DNA of 64,000 nucleotides, taken from assembly GCA_002050235.1 (NCBI GenBank), contig MWST01000035.1, positions 67,693-131,692 on the forward strand. The letters are read 5' to 3'. This document shows positions 49,831 through 58,337 of the stretch, in pieces. Each line of letters begins with the position of its first letter. Within the stretch, counting starts at the first letter, position 1. The DNA comes from Polyangiaceae bacterium UTPRO1 (lineage in GTDB: Bacteria; Desulfobacterota; Binatia; UTPRO1). A model generated the notes under the pieces. It was given only the letters and a program-made list of their open reading frames with translations, searched no databases and was not told the DNA's origin. Both the position numbers and the translations under genes were made by a program.

Positions 49831-51084
49831 TCACGACCCCAAGGACTTGAGCGCCGTCTCCATCTTTTCCGTGAATTCCGCGACGTGCTCCTTCTCCAAT
49901 ATCAGCGGCGGGTAGATCTTCACGATCTCGAGGCGCTGACTCGACGCCACCACGAGCACCCCGAGACTGAACATGAGCCCGAGAAATGCCATCCCCGTAG
50001 CCGCGTCGGCGAAATCGAGCGCGAACATCATGCCGGCGCGCCGCACCCCGCGCAGCGCTCCTCGGTAGCGAGCCTGGAGGGTCCGGAGGTCGGCTTCGAT
50101 CCCGTCCCCTAGCGCCGCCAGCCGCGGCAGCAGCCGTTCCGTCTCTTCGAGAGCCGCCCGGGTGACGCGCGCTCCGACGTTCGACCAGGCATACGAGGAG
50201 ATCGTCCGGTAGGGCGACTCGGCGAAGAAGTCGAGGCACTCGGGCCGCGTCACTACCGCCGACATCGGAAACACCCCGCCGCTGAACCCCTTCCCGGTGA
50301 CCAGCATGTCGGGTTCGACGTCCCAGTACTGACAGCCCCAGAGCGTGCCGAGCCGCCCCATGCCGCACACCACCTCGTCGATGATCAGCTTGGCGCCGGT
50401 CGCATCGCAGAGCCGCCGCACCTCGGCGAAATACTGCGGCGGCGGTACGGCCATGTCGGCGTCCGTGCGCACCGCCTCGAGCACGACCGCAGCGGTGCGG
50501 TCGGAGATCTTGGCTGCAAGATCGCCGGCGTCGCCGTAACGGATCTCGTGGAAGTCCGGTATCAAAGGCTCCGCGAAGTCGCGCATCTCGCCGCGCGCCA
50601 TCATCGACAACGCAAAGCCGGTGCACCCGTGGTAGGCCTGGTCGGCGTGCAGGATCGCGGTCCGCCGGGTCGAGCCGCGAGCCAGCTTGACGGCGAGATC
50701 GATCGCCTCACCGCCGGTCACCACCGGGTGCGTCGTCTCCAGCCGCCCCGGCGTGCACTGCGCCAGCTTCTCCGCCAGGAGCCCCTTGGCCTCGCTGAAG
50801 AAGAACAAGCTCCCGAAGTCCTCCTCCGCGAGCCCCGCCTGTGCCGCCTGGACCACTGCCGGATTGCGATGCCCGAGGTTGAACGTACCGCCCATGCACC
50901 ACATGTCGAGAAAACGCCGGCCCTGGGAGTCTTCGAAATAGACCCCCTCGGCTCGGCCTTCGACGAAGAGGAAACCGAGGTTGGCGATGGCGTCGATGCG
51001 TCCGCGGTTGAAGTAGCGGCCGAAGCGTTCGAGGAATTGCTCGGGGGCCAGGCGCGAGGCGGTAGGCGTCATGGCGACCGTCAT
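49831..51084 (-). CDS. class III (omega) aminotransferase
   Basis: 417 aa with FLDMWCMGGTFNLGHRNP, YHGCT, the aspartate block IIDEVVCGMGR and TGKGFSGG (candidate PLP-lysine). Confidence 0.8.
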   Translation of the reverse strand: MTVAMTPTASRLAPEQFLERFGRYFNRGRIDAIANLGFLFVEGRAEGVYFEDSQGRRFLDMWCMGGTFNLGHRNPAVVQAAQAGLAEEDFGSLFFFSEAKGLLAEKLAQCTPGRLETTHPVVTGGEAIDLAVKLARGSTRRTAILHADQAYHGCTGFALSMMARGEMRDFAEPLIPDFHEIRYGDAGDLAAKISDRTAAVVLEAVRTDADMAVPPPQYFAEVRRLCDATGAKLIIDEVVCGMGRLGTLWGCQYWDVEPDMLVTGKGFSGGVFPMSAVVTRPECLDFFAESPYRTISSYAWSNVGARVTRAALEETERLLPRLAALGDGIEADLRTLQARYRGALRGVRRAGMMFALDFADAATGMAFLGLMFSLGVLVVASSQRLEIVKIYPPLILEKEHVAEFTEKMETALKSLGS

Positions 51085-51171
51085 CGCGCAGCGGACCCTA
51101 CCCGGTCAAGCTCGATACTCGGCAACCGGGGTCCCGCCCTCCTAGGCCCGCTGCGCCATCGGCCGACGGAG

Positions 51172-52041
51172 TCAGGACTGCCGCAGCGTCTGCAACATTG
51201 CCTCGATCTCATCCAGCTTCTGGCGAATCATGGTGACATCGGACTGCGCCTTGACGTTGATCTGGTAGTCGAGGTCGATCCGCAGCCGGTCCTTCTCGGA
51301 TTGCCGATTCTGGCTCACCATCACGAAGATCGAGAGAAAGATCGCCTCCAGGCTCACGATCATCGTCAGCAGGCCGAAGGGAAACGGGTCGTAGGCGAAT
51401 GACGCCGGCAGCAGGCCGACGCTGGCGCCGACGTTGACGGCGATCCAGGTCCCGAACCACGTCAAGTGGAACAGCGTGAACCACTGGCTCGCGGCCACGA
51501 AGGCGATGACGTCGCTGACCCGCTGCCAGATCGTCACCCGGCTGGCCGCGAACGCGACGTTGGGGTTCTTCATGGCGCGCAGCGCCTCGGTGCTGCTGCG
51601 CTGGCGCTGCCCCATGACGGTGAGGATCTCGATGGCGACGTCGGGGCGCTGGCGCAGGAAGGCGTGGAAGTCGTCGCGCTCGAGGACGTAGACCTCGCTC
51701 GGCTCCGCGGCCCGCACCGATGCCGTCCGCGGACCGCCGTCGAGGAGGCTGATCTCGCCGAAGAACCCTCCCGGCCCGAGCGTGTCGAGCGTGACGTGCT
51801 CGCCGCGCTCGTTAGCGACGGTGACGATCACCCGACCGCTGTCGACCAGGTACAGGCTGTCGCCTTCATCGCCGCGCCAGAGGATGGTCTGATTGGATTC
51901 GACGTGCTGGCGGTGCATTACCGAAAGGAGCGCCATCTGCTCGTCCTCGGCGAGTCCGGCGAAGAGCGGGATGTGCGACAGCGGACCACGCGCCGCCGTG
52001 GCGGCGGTCGGCGGCTGTACGGGCTGGTCGAAAGTGCTCAC
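51172..52041 (-). CDS. cyclic nucleotide-binding domain protein fused to DUF1003 membrane domain
   Basis: GTG 52039-52041 is the only start upstream of the cNMP domain (IPLFAGL...GGFFGEISLLDGGPRTASVRA). The C-terminal segment FGLLTMIVSLEAIFLSIFVMVSQNRQSEKDR matches my memory of DUF1003. The track's 483-aa version is Arg-rich upstream and is rejected. Confidence 0.75.
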   Translation of the reverse strand: MSTFDQPVQPPTAATAARGPLSHIPLFAGLAEDEQMALLSVMHRQHVESNQTILWRGDEGDSLYLVDSGRVIVTVANERGEHVTLDTLGPGGFFGEISLLDGGPRTASVRAAEPSEVYVLERDDFHAFLRQRPDVAIEILTVMGQRQRSSTEALRAMKNPNVAFAASRVTIWQRVSDVIAFVAASQWFTLFHLTWFGTWIAVNVGASVGLLPASFAYDPFPFGLLTMIVSLEAIFLSIFVMVSQNRQSEKDRLRIDLDYQINVKAQSDVTMIRQKLDEIEAMLQTLRQS

Positions 52042-52136
52042 GGCGCGAGAGATGACGCGACCTTCCAGAACGGCGGACGCGGGCGTCCTTCTAGCTGCCG
52101 ATGGGGGGCGCGCACAACCGGACCTGCCGTGACCGA

Positions 52137-55130
52137 TCAGGATCGCGGCCGGGGCTTCGCATGCATGGGTCGTCCCGCCTCTCGCGGCGCTCCGGAGCCC
52201 GGCCCTCGATTCGATCTTCGACCGGGAGGACGCCCGCGCCCTCGCCGCTCCTCTCCGAAAGCCTCCCTGGGCCCGCCGTGCCGCTGCACCTGCTCCATGA
52301 CGCCGGCACAGGCCGCTTCGAACCTGGTTTCGAGCGCCCGTGTCTCGCTGCTCGACACCAGGGCGATCCGCCGCCACGCCTCCCGAGCATCTTCCACCGT
52401 CTTCCTGGCAGCGCGCCACTTCGACTCGTCGGGGCGAATACCCATGGCGTTGCTGGCGAGCGCCGCCCGCAACCGATCCGCGAGCGACGCCGCATCGGAT
52501 CCGTCCGCGACCGTCGCAGGCTCGGCGCCGGCGAGAAGCCGCTCGATCTTGGCGACGAGCTTCTCGAGCCGCGCCTGGACGGCCGCCGAGTCGAGGTCCG
52601 TGCCCGTGAACGCCGCCGGCCACCGCGCGCCGATCGCCGCCAGCGCTGTCCGCCAGCGTTCGCGCAGCGCCTCCATCTCGGCGCTCTCGACGCGGGGCAG
52701 GCTCGCGAGCGCCGCCCGCAGCGCTTGCACCTGCGCGGCGAGATCCTCGGGCGCCTCCGCGAGCGCGCCGAGCGCTTCGAGCGTCGCCACCAGCTCGGCA
52801 TGCTCGGCGACCCGCGCCACCGCGGCGAGCTTGTGGCGGTCGTGGTAGCGGACGAAGAAGGTGTCCGCCGCCGAGCGGAAGCGATTCCAGATCGCTTCGC
52901 GTTTCTTGTGGCTGACGGGTCCGATGGTCTTCCAGTCGGCCTGCAGCTTCTTGAGCTCGGAGGCGGTCGCGTCCCAGTCAGTCGATGTCGACAGATGCTC
53001 GGCGCGCTCACAGAGAGCTTCCTTGCGCGCGAGGTTCTCCTCCCACTCCTTCTTCAAGGAGCTCAGCGCACCGCGGCGGCCGGCATAGAACGCGCGGCAG
53101 GCAGCACGAAAACGTCGTGCCAGCTCGCGGCCGGCCTCGCGTCCCACGGGCCCGGCATCGTCCCAGGCCTTCTGCAGTTCCTGGAACCGCACCCCGGTCT
53201 TGGTCCAGTCGGTCGAGCCGGCGAGCATTTCCGCCTGCTCGACGAGCGCCGTCCTGGCGGCGAGGTTCGAGCGACGCTCTTCGCGCAGCTGTGCGAAGTA
53301 GACCTCGCAGCGGCTGCGAATGAAGTCGGTAGCGGCCCTGAAGCGATCCCAGAGCCGACGGCCGACGTGCTGCGGCACGGCGGCCGCCTCGTGCCACCGC
53401 TGGTGGAGCTCGCGAAGGGCATTGGCCGTCGCCGCCAGATCGCTCTCCACCCCCGCTTCCTTTTCCGCCTCGAGCGACGCAACGATGGCTTCCGCCATCG
53501 CGATGAGCTCCTCTTGCTGCTGGACGTTGGCGAATCGACGCCAATCGTCCATCTCGCGCAGCTCTTTCACGCGCTGCGCCAGTTGCCCCTGAACCGAGCG
53601 CAGGGTCGCCACGACCTCGCGTGCTTCCTTCATCGTCTCCGCATCGACGCCTTTGAGCGCCTCCGCCAGGTCACGCAGCAGGCGCTCCCCCTCCCGCAAG
53701 GTGATGGTCTCCGCAGCGGCGGTGCGCTCAGCGCGCGCTGCCAACCGCGCCAGCGCCTGCATCCGCTCCTGTCTGGCCTTGGCTGCCGCTTCGCGCGCCG
53801 CCGTCTCGTGCGCCGCGAATACCCGCGCCACGGCTTCGAGGCGATCGACGAGGTCGGCCACCGGCCGCGACGCATCGTCGAGGGCACTCACGAGGGTCCG
53901 CGCGTCCCGCGACAGGACCCGCCATCGCGCCGCCGCGGCGCTCCCCATCTCGGCGGCGAGCGCTTCCGCCTCGACGACCATGCCGTCGAGAGTGTCGCGA
54001 GCCGCACCGAGTGCGGCGGCGCGCTCACAGCGCTCGCGGCAGGCGGCCGCAGCCGCCGCGAAGCGCGCCGTCAGCGCCGCAACTTCGTCCTCGTACTCGA
54101 CGAGCGGTGGCAGCGCAGCCCACTCGGCTTCGAGGGATGCCAGCTGCCCGCGGAAGTCGCTGCCAGCGATCGTCTCGACGCGCCGGCACAGGGCGTCGCG
54201 ACTCGCCAGCGCTTCGTCGCGGCGGCGTGTCGCCGCACGGGCGATCTCGAGCTCTTGGCTACGTTGCGAGATCCGCGCCCGCGCCGCGTCGGCGGCGGCG
54301 GCGAAGCGGCGCGCGACGGCCGCATCCATATCCCCCAACGTCTCCCAAGCCGCAGCGAGGCGCGCGAGCTCGGCTCCGGCGCGGTCGGGATCTGTCGCCT
54401 GCGCCAGACCCTCGACGGCGGCGCACAGCAGGGCCTCCTGCCTCTCCCGCACCGCCGCAGCGGCGCGCCGCGCGTCCTCCGCGTCCGCGATCGCCTGCAG
54501 CATCGCCTTGGCGCGCCGGGCCACGACTCTCTGCTGTGCGCGCGCCGCGATGGTTTCGAGCAACGCCACGTCCGGGTCCGCTGCAGATCCCGCATGCACG
54601 ACCCGATCGAAAGCGGCGAGCGCGACCTCGCGATGATCGCTGTTCAGCACGGTCGAGAGCAGCTCGTCGGACGAGTTCAGCCGGGCTGCGGCAGCCTGCG
54701 CCGTACTCTCCATCTTCGCATGTCGAGCGACGCCGCCGAGGGCACGCTCGTCGCTCAACTTGGCGAGCGCCGCTTCGCGAACGGCGTCGGCCGCGGCGCT
54801 CTTCGCAACCGTCGAGAGGCGCCGCACGTCCGCGAGGAAGCTCGCCGCCGCTACCGCCGCCGCCGGCGGCGCGTCGAGGGCGAGCGCGAGCAACCGATCC
54901 GCGGCGGCGTCGCGAACGCCGAGATCAGCGTCGACGGCGATCACGCGACCGAGAACCGCCGGATCGCCGACCTTGGCGATCGCCGCCTGCCGCACCCCCG
55001 CGTCGAGGTCGCGCTCCGCCAGGGTCGCGAGCTCTTCCGGATCGTCGAGCTCGGCGACCGCTTGCAGGCGGACGGCGGAATCGGAGTGTTTCCAGCGCGG
55101 TTGCGGCTTGAGTTTGTCGAGAATGCTCAT
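52137..55130 (-). CDS. DUF349 domain-containing protein (large, helical repeats)
   Basis: 997 aa with recurring W-x(n)-F helical repeats: EAIWNRFRSAADTFF, RELARRFRAACRAFY, RLWDRFRAATDFI and KKLQADWK. Confidence 0.75.
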   Translation of the reverse strand: MSILDKLKPQPRWKHSDSAVRLQAVAELDDPEELATLAERDLDAGVRQAAIAKVGDPAVLGRVIAVDADLGVRDAAADRLLALALDAPPAAAVAAASFLADVRRLSTVAKSAAADAVREAALAKLSDERALGGVARHAKMESTAQAAAARLNSSDELLSTVLNSDHREVALAAFDRVVHAGSAADPDVALLETIAARAQQRVVARRAKAMLQAIADAEDARRAAAAVRERQEALLCAAVEGLAQATDPDRAGAELARLAAAWETLGDMDAAVARRFAAAADAARARISQRSQELEIARAATRRRDEALASRDALCRRVETIAGSDFRGQLASLEAEWAALPPLVEYEDEVAALTARFAAAAAACRERCERAAALGAARDTLDGMVVEAEALAAEMGSAAAARWRVLSRDARTLVSALDDASRPVADLVDRLEAVARVFAAHETAAREAAAKARQERMQALARLAARAERTAAAETITLREGERLLRDLAEALKGVDAETMKEAREVVATLRSVQGQLAQRVKELREMDDWRRFANVQQQEELIAMAEAIVASLEAEKEAGVESDLAATANALRELHQRWHEAAAVPQHVGRRLWDRFRAATDFIRSRCEVYFAQLREERRSNLAARTALVEQAEMLAGSTDWTKTGVRFQELQKAWDDAGPVGREAGRELARRFRAACRAFYAGRRGALSSLKKEWEENLARKEALCERAEHLSTSTDWDATASELKKLQADWKTIGPVSHKKREAIWNRFRSAADTFFVRYHDRHKLAAVARVAEHAELVATLEALGALAEAPEDLAAQVQALRAALASLPRVESAEMEALRERWRTALAAIGARWPAAFTGTDLDSAAVQARLEKLVAKIERLLAGAEPATVADGSDAASLADRLRAALASNAMGIRPDESKWRAARKTVEDAREAWRRIALVSSSETRALETRFEAACAGVMEQVQRHGGPREAFGEERRGRGRPPGRRSNRGPGSGAPREAGRPMHAKPRPRS

Positions 55131-55188
55131 GGGCGACGTGAATCCCTCGAGGCGAACACGGATCTCCTTACGTGGCGTGACCGACGTC

Positions 55189-55818
55189 CTATTTCAAGAG
55201 CGCGCGCAGCCAGCGCAACGCGGGGCGATGATCTTCTCCGACCAGGATGCCGCGCATGCCGAGACGCTCGGCGGCGACGACGTTTCCCGGGAAGTCGTCG
55301 AGAAAAACGGCGTCCTTTGGCGCCAGGCCGCCGAGGCGCTCGAGGGCGATGCGGAAGATGCGCGGATCCGGTTTGCGGACGCCGACGTGCGCGGAGTCGA
55401 CGACGGCGTCGAAGAGCTCGCCGACGGGAAGCATGGCGCGCCATCCGTCGCCGAACTCGCGCACGTTGTTGGTGACGATCGCGGTCCGGACGCCGCCGGC
55501 GCGCACTTCGCGCGCGAGCGCGATCACATCCTCGCGAACGGTCGTGTCGCGCAGCGAGCCGAGCGCCTCGAAGAGGTCGACGCGATGCTCGGGCGCACCG
55601 AGCTCCATGATTGCCCGGCGCGCCTCGAGTAGCGACACCTCGCCGCGCTCCAGACGGTGCCACGGATGATCGGTATCCCGGTCGTAGGGCCCGAAGATCA
55701 GCTCCAGGGCGCGGCCGGGGTCGAGACCGAGGCGGGCGCCGAACGCGCGCACGGCCGCGAACGGCGACTCCATGAAGACGCCGCCGAAGTCGAAAAGGAC
55801 CGCTCGGACCGAAGGCAT
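55189..55818 (-). CDS. HAD-superfamily hydrolase (subfamily IA-like)
   Basis: Start MPSVRAVLFDFGGV (motif I). Also VTNN (motif II region) and FLDDFPGNV (motif IV). Confidence 0.75.
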   Translation of the reverse strand: MPSVRAVLFDFGGVFMESPFAAVRAFGARLGLDPGRALELIFGPYDRDTDHPWHRLERGEVSLLEARRAIMELGAPEHRVDLFEALGSLRDTTVREDVIALAREVRAGGVRTAIVTNNVREFGDGWRAMLPVGELFDAVVDSAHVGVRKPDPRIFRIALERLGGLAPKDAVFLDDFPGNVVAAERLGMRGILVGEDHRPALRWLRALLK

Positions 55819-56017
55819 GGCGCGCCATCCTCGCGGTTTCATCGCTCCGGCTCAAGCACCCGCCGTTCGGCGAGCCCGGCGCGCCTCCGATCGCGCCCGC
55901 CGGCGCGGCGGAGCGCATCGACTCCCGCGGCGCTTGCCCTTATCGGAGGATCGCGCCACATATGCGGCCCCCGAACCGGCCCGCGCCCGTGGCGCGGACG
56001 AAAGATAGGGAGCCCCC

Positions 56018-57460
56018 GTGCGCAGTGGACGCCGCACCCGACCTAGAGCCGCTTGCCGCATCCGCCTAGCGCTTCTCGCCGCAGCTCTGCTGTCCGCGGC
56101 GTCGGCAACAGCCCGTGACCTCGGCGACATCCTCGTCGAGAAAGGGCTGATCACCCCCGAGGAGCTTCGCGAGGCGCGCGAGGAGGAGCACCGCGGACAC
56201 GCAGCCGACGAATCGCAGCTCGCGGCGCTGAAGGCCAAGCTGCCGGCATGGATCGACATGTTCACGCCGTTCGGCGACATCCGTTTGCGCAACGAGGGCT
56301 TCTACCAAGACGACAAGACCGCGCGGTCCCGATTCCGCGCCCGCGCTCGCATCGGCGTGACGGTGGCGGCGAGCAACGAGCTCGCGGGTACGGTGCGGCT
56401 GGCGACGGGAAACGCCGACGACCCGATCTCCACCAATCAGACGCTCGGCGACGTCTTCTCGCGCCGCGGCGTCAATCTCGATTGGGCCTACCTCACCCTC
56501 ACCCCCGGCGAGACGGTCGGCCTCACGCCCGGCTGGCTGACCGTCACGGCCGGCAAGTTCGGCGTCGGCGCCTATAGGCCCTCCGAGCTCGTATGGGACG
56601 ACGATATCGCTCCCGAAGGCGCTACCGAGACGGTGCGGCTGGTCGAGAAGCGGACGGGATTCGTACGCAGAGTCACTCTGAGCGCCTTCCAATGGATCGT
56701 CGACGAGGTCGCCGACGGCGCCGATCCATGGATCCCGGGAGGACAGCTGGTGGTCGAAACCGCGCTCCCTCCTTGGGCGACCTGGACGTTCGCGCTCGCC
56801 GATTTCTACTTCGACGGCATCGATACCGTGGCCCGCCGGTCCCTCGATCCCTACTACGACCCGCCCGCCGACACGAAAGCGAACCCGCACTACAACAGCC
56901 AGCTTGCCAACAGCAACGCCGTCGAAAGAGACGCGAGCGGCAGGATCGTAGGCTATCGATCCGGATTCAACGTGCTCGACGTCGGAACCGCGCTCGATGC
57001 CGCGGATCCCTTCGGCCTCGGGATACCGGCCGGCATCTTCGCCGAGCTCGCGTACAATACCGAGGCCAGCGATCGCAACCTGGGCTTCTACCTCGGCGCC
57101 GGTATCGGCAGGGCCCGCAAGGACTGGTATCGCAACGTACTCCTGGACCCTGGCGACTGGGCCGTGTCGTACACCTGTGCGCGCGTCGAGCAGGATGCCG
57201 TGCTCTCCATCTTCTCGTTCAGCGACATCAACGAGTTCTCGTCCCGCCCCGCGCAGCCCGACGGAGCGCGACCGACGCAGAAAGGCGCCACCAACCTCCT
57301 CGTCCACATCGTGCGGCTCGACTACGCGCCGCTGCCGCACCTGCAGCTGACCGCGAAGGCATATGTCGAAAACGTACTCGATCGCAGCGTCGCCAACGTG
57401 CCCCTGACGCAGAACCGCACCCTGCTGCGCACGCAGCTCGACGCCATGTTCCGTTTCTGA
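56018..57460 (+). CDS. putative outer-membrane porin
   Basis: GTG start with AGGGAG upstream and a signal peptide. N-terminal helix LGDILVEKGLITPEELREARE, typical of the 'putative porin' family as I recall it. Beta-rich body ending DAMFRF. Confidence 0.65.
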   Translation: MRSGRRTRPRAACRIRLALLAAALLSAASATARDLGDILVEKGLITPEELREAREEEHRGHAADESQLAALKAKLPAWIDMFTPFGDIRLRNEGFYQDDKTARSRFRARARIGVTVAASNELAGTVRLATGNADDPISTNQTLGDVFSRRGVNLDWAYLTLTPGETVGLTPGWLTVTAGKFGVGAYRPSELVWDDDIAPEGATETVRLVEKRTGFVRRVTLSAFQWIVDEVADGADPWIPGGQLVVETALPPWATWTFALADFYFDGIDTVARRSLDPYYDPPADTKANPHYNSQLANSNAVERDASGRIVGYRSGFNVLDVGTALDAADPFGLGIPAGIFAELAYNTEASDRNLGFYLGAGIGRARKDWYRNVLLDPGDWAVSYTCARVEQDAVLSIFSFSDINEFSSRPAQPDGARPTQKGATNLLVHIVRLDYAPLPHLQLTAKAYVENVLDRSVANVPLTQNRTLLRTQLDAMFRF

Positions 57461-57462
57461 CC

Positions 57463-58251
57463 ATGGCGCTGCTCGCGCGCACGATCGCCGTCGTCGCCGC
57501 CTTCGGCCTCGCCACGGTTACGGTCCGCGCCCGGGCTGACGATCCGGCCTCCCGGCGCACGCTCACGGTCTCGGCTGCGGCCTCGCTCACCGCTGCCTTC
57601 CGCGACCTCGCCGCCGATTTCGAGCGCATGCATCCCGCAGTGCGCGTCCAGCTCGACTTCGGCGCCTCCTCCACGCTCGCGCAGCGGATCCTCGCGGGCG
57701 CGTCGGCCGACGTCTTCGCCGCCGCCGACGAGGCCACCATGGCGACGCTCGTCGCCCGCGGCGCCGCCGCCGGGACGCCTCGCATCTTCGCGCGCAACCG
57801 CCTACAGATCGTCGTCGCCGCCGGCAACCCGAAGCACGTCACCGCTCTCGCGGACCTCGCCCGCACCGACCTCGTGGTCGCGCTCTGCGGGGCGTCCGCA
57901 CCGTGCGGGCGGTACGCTGCCGAGGCGTTCCGGAACGCGGGCATCGACCCTCCGCCCGCGAGCCGCGAGCTCGACGTCAAGGGCGTCGTCACCAAGGTCG
58001 CCATGGGCGAAGCGGACGCCGGCCTCGTGTACGTCACCGACGTCCGCGCCGCGGGGGCAAAGGTGGCGGGCATCGACGTTCCGGAAGCGACGAACGTGGT
58101 GGTCCGCTATCCGATCGTCGTCCTCAGGGACGCCGCCGATCCGGCCGATGCGACCGCATTCGTGACGCACGTATCCTCCTCGGATGGAGCCCGCGTGCTC
58201 GCACGCTTCGGCTTCCTGGCGCCCGCCGACCCGTCGCCGGCCGGCCGATAG
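57463..58251 (+). CDS. modA: molybdate/tungstate ABC transporter substrate-binding protein
   Basis: ATG 57463, 2 nt after the porin stop. Signal peptide, then LTVSAAASLTAAF..L...F, VFAAADE and GEADAGLVYVTD, typical of ModA. Confidence 0.8.
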   Translation: MALLARTIAVVAAFGLATVTVRARADDPASRRTLTVSAAASLTAAFRDLAADFERMHPAVRVQLDFGASSTLAQRILAGASADVFAAADEATMATLVARGAAAGTPRIFARNRLQIVVAAGNPKHVTALADLARTDLVVALCGASAPCGRYAAEAFRNAGIDPPPASRELDVKGVVTKVAMGEADAGLVYVTDVRAAGAKVAGIDVPEATNVVVRYPIVVLRDAADPADATAFVTHVSSSDGARVLARFGFLAPADPSPAGR

Positions 58252-58337
58252 GCACCGATCGCGGCCGCATGCCGCGTCCCCGCGACCCACGATCCGTTTG
58301 CTCCCCGATTCCGGAGGCGCTAGGCAGCGTCCCCATC

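Noticed and set aside
52101-55475. 1124-aa plus-strand ORF antisense to the DUF349 gene, and the 52091..53011 (-) and 53653..55111 (+) ORFs
   Set aside because: These are Arg/Pro-rich shadow frames. The minus-strand 52137..55130 frame shows the recurring DUF349 W...F helical repeats.
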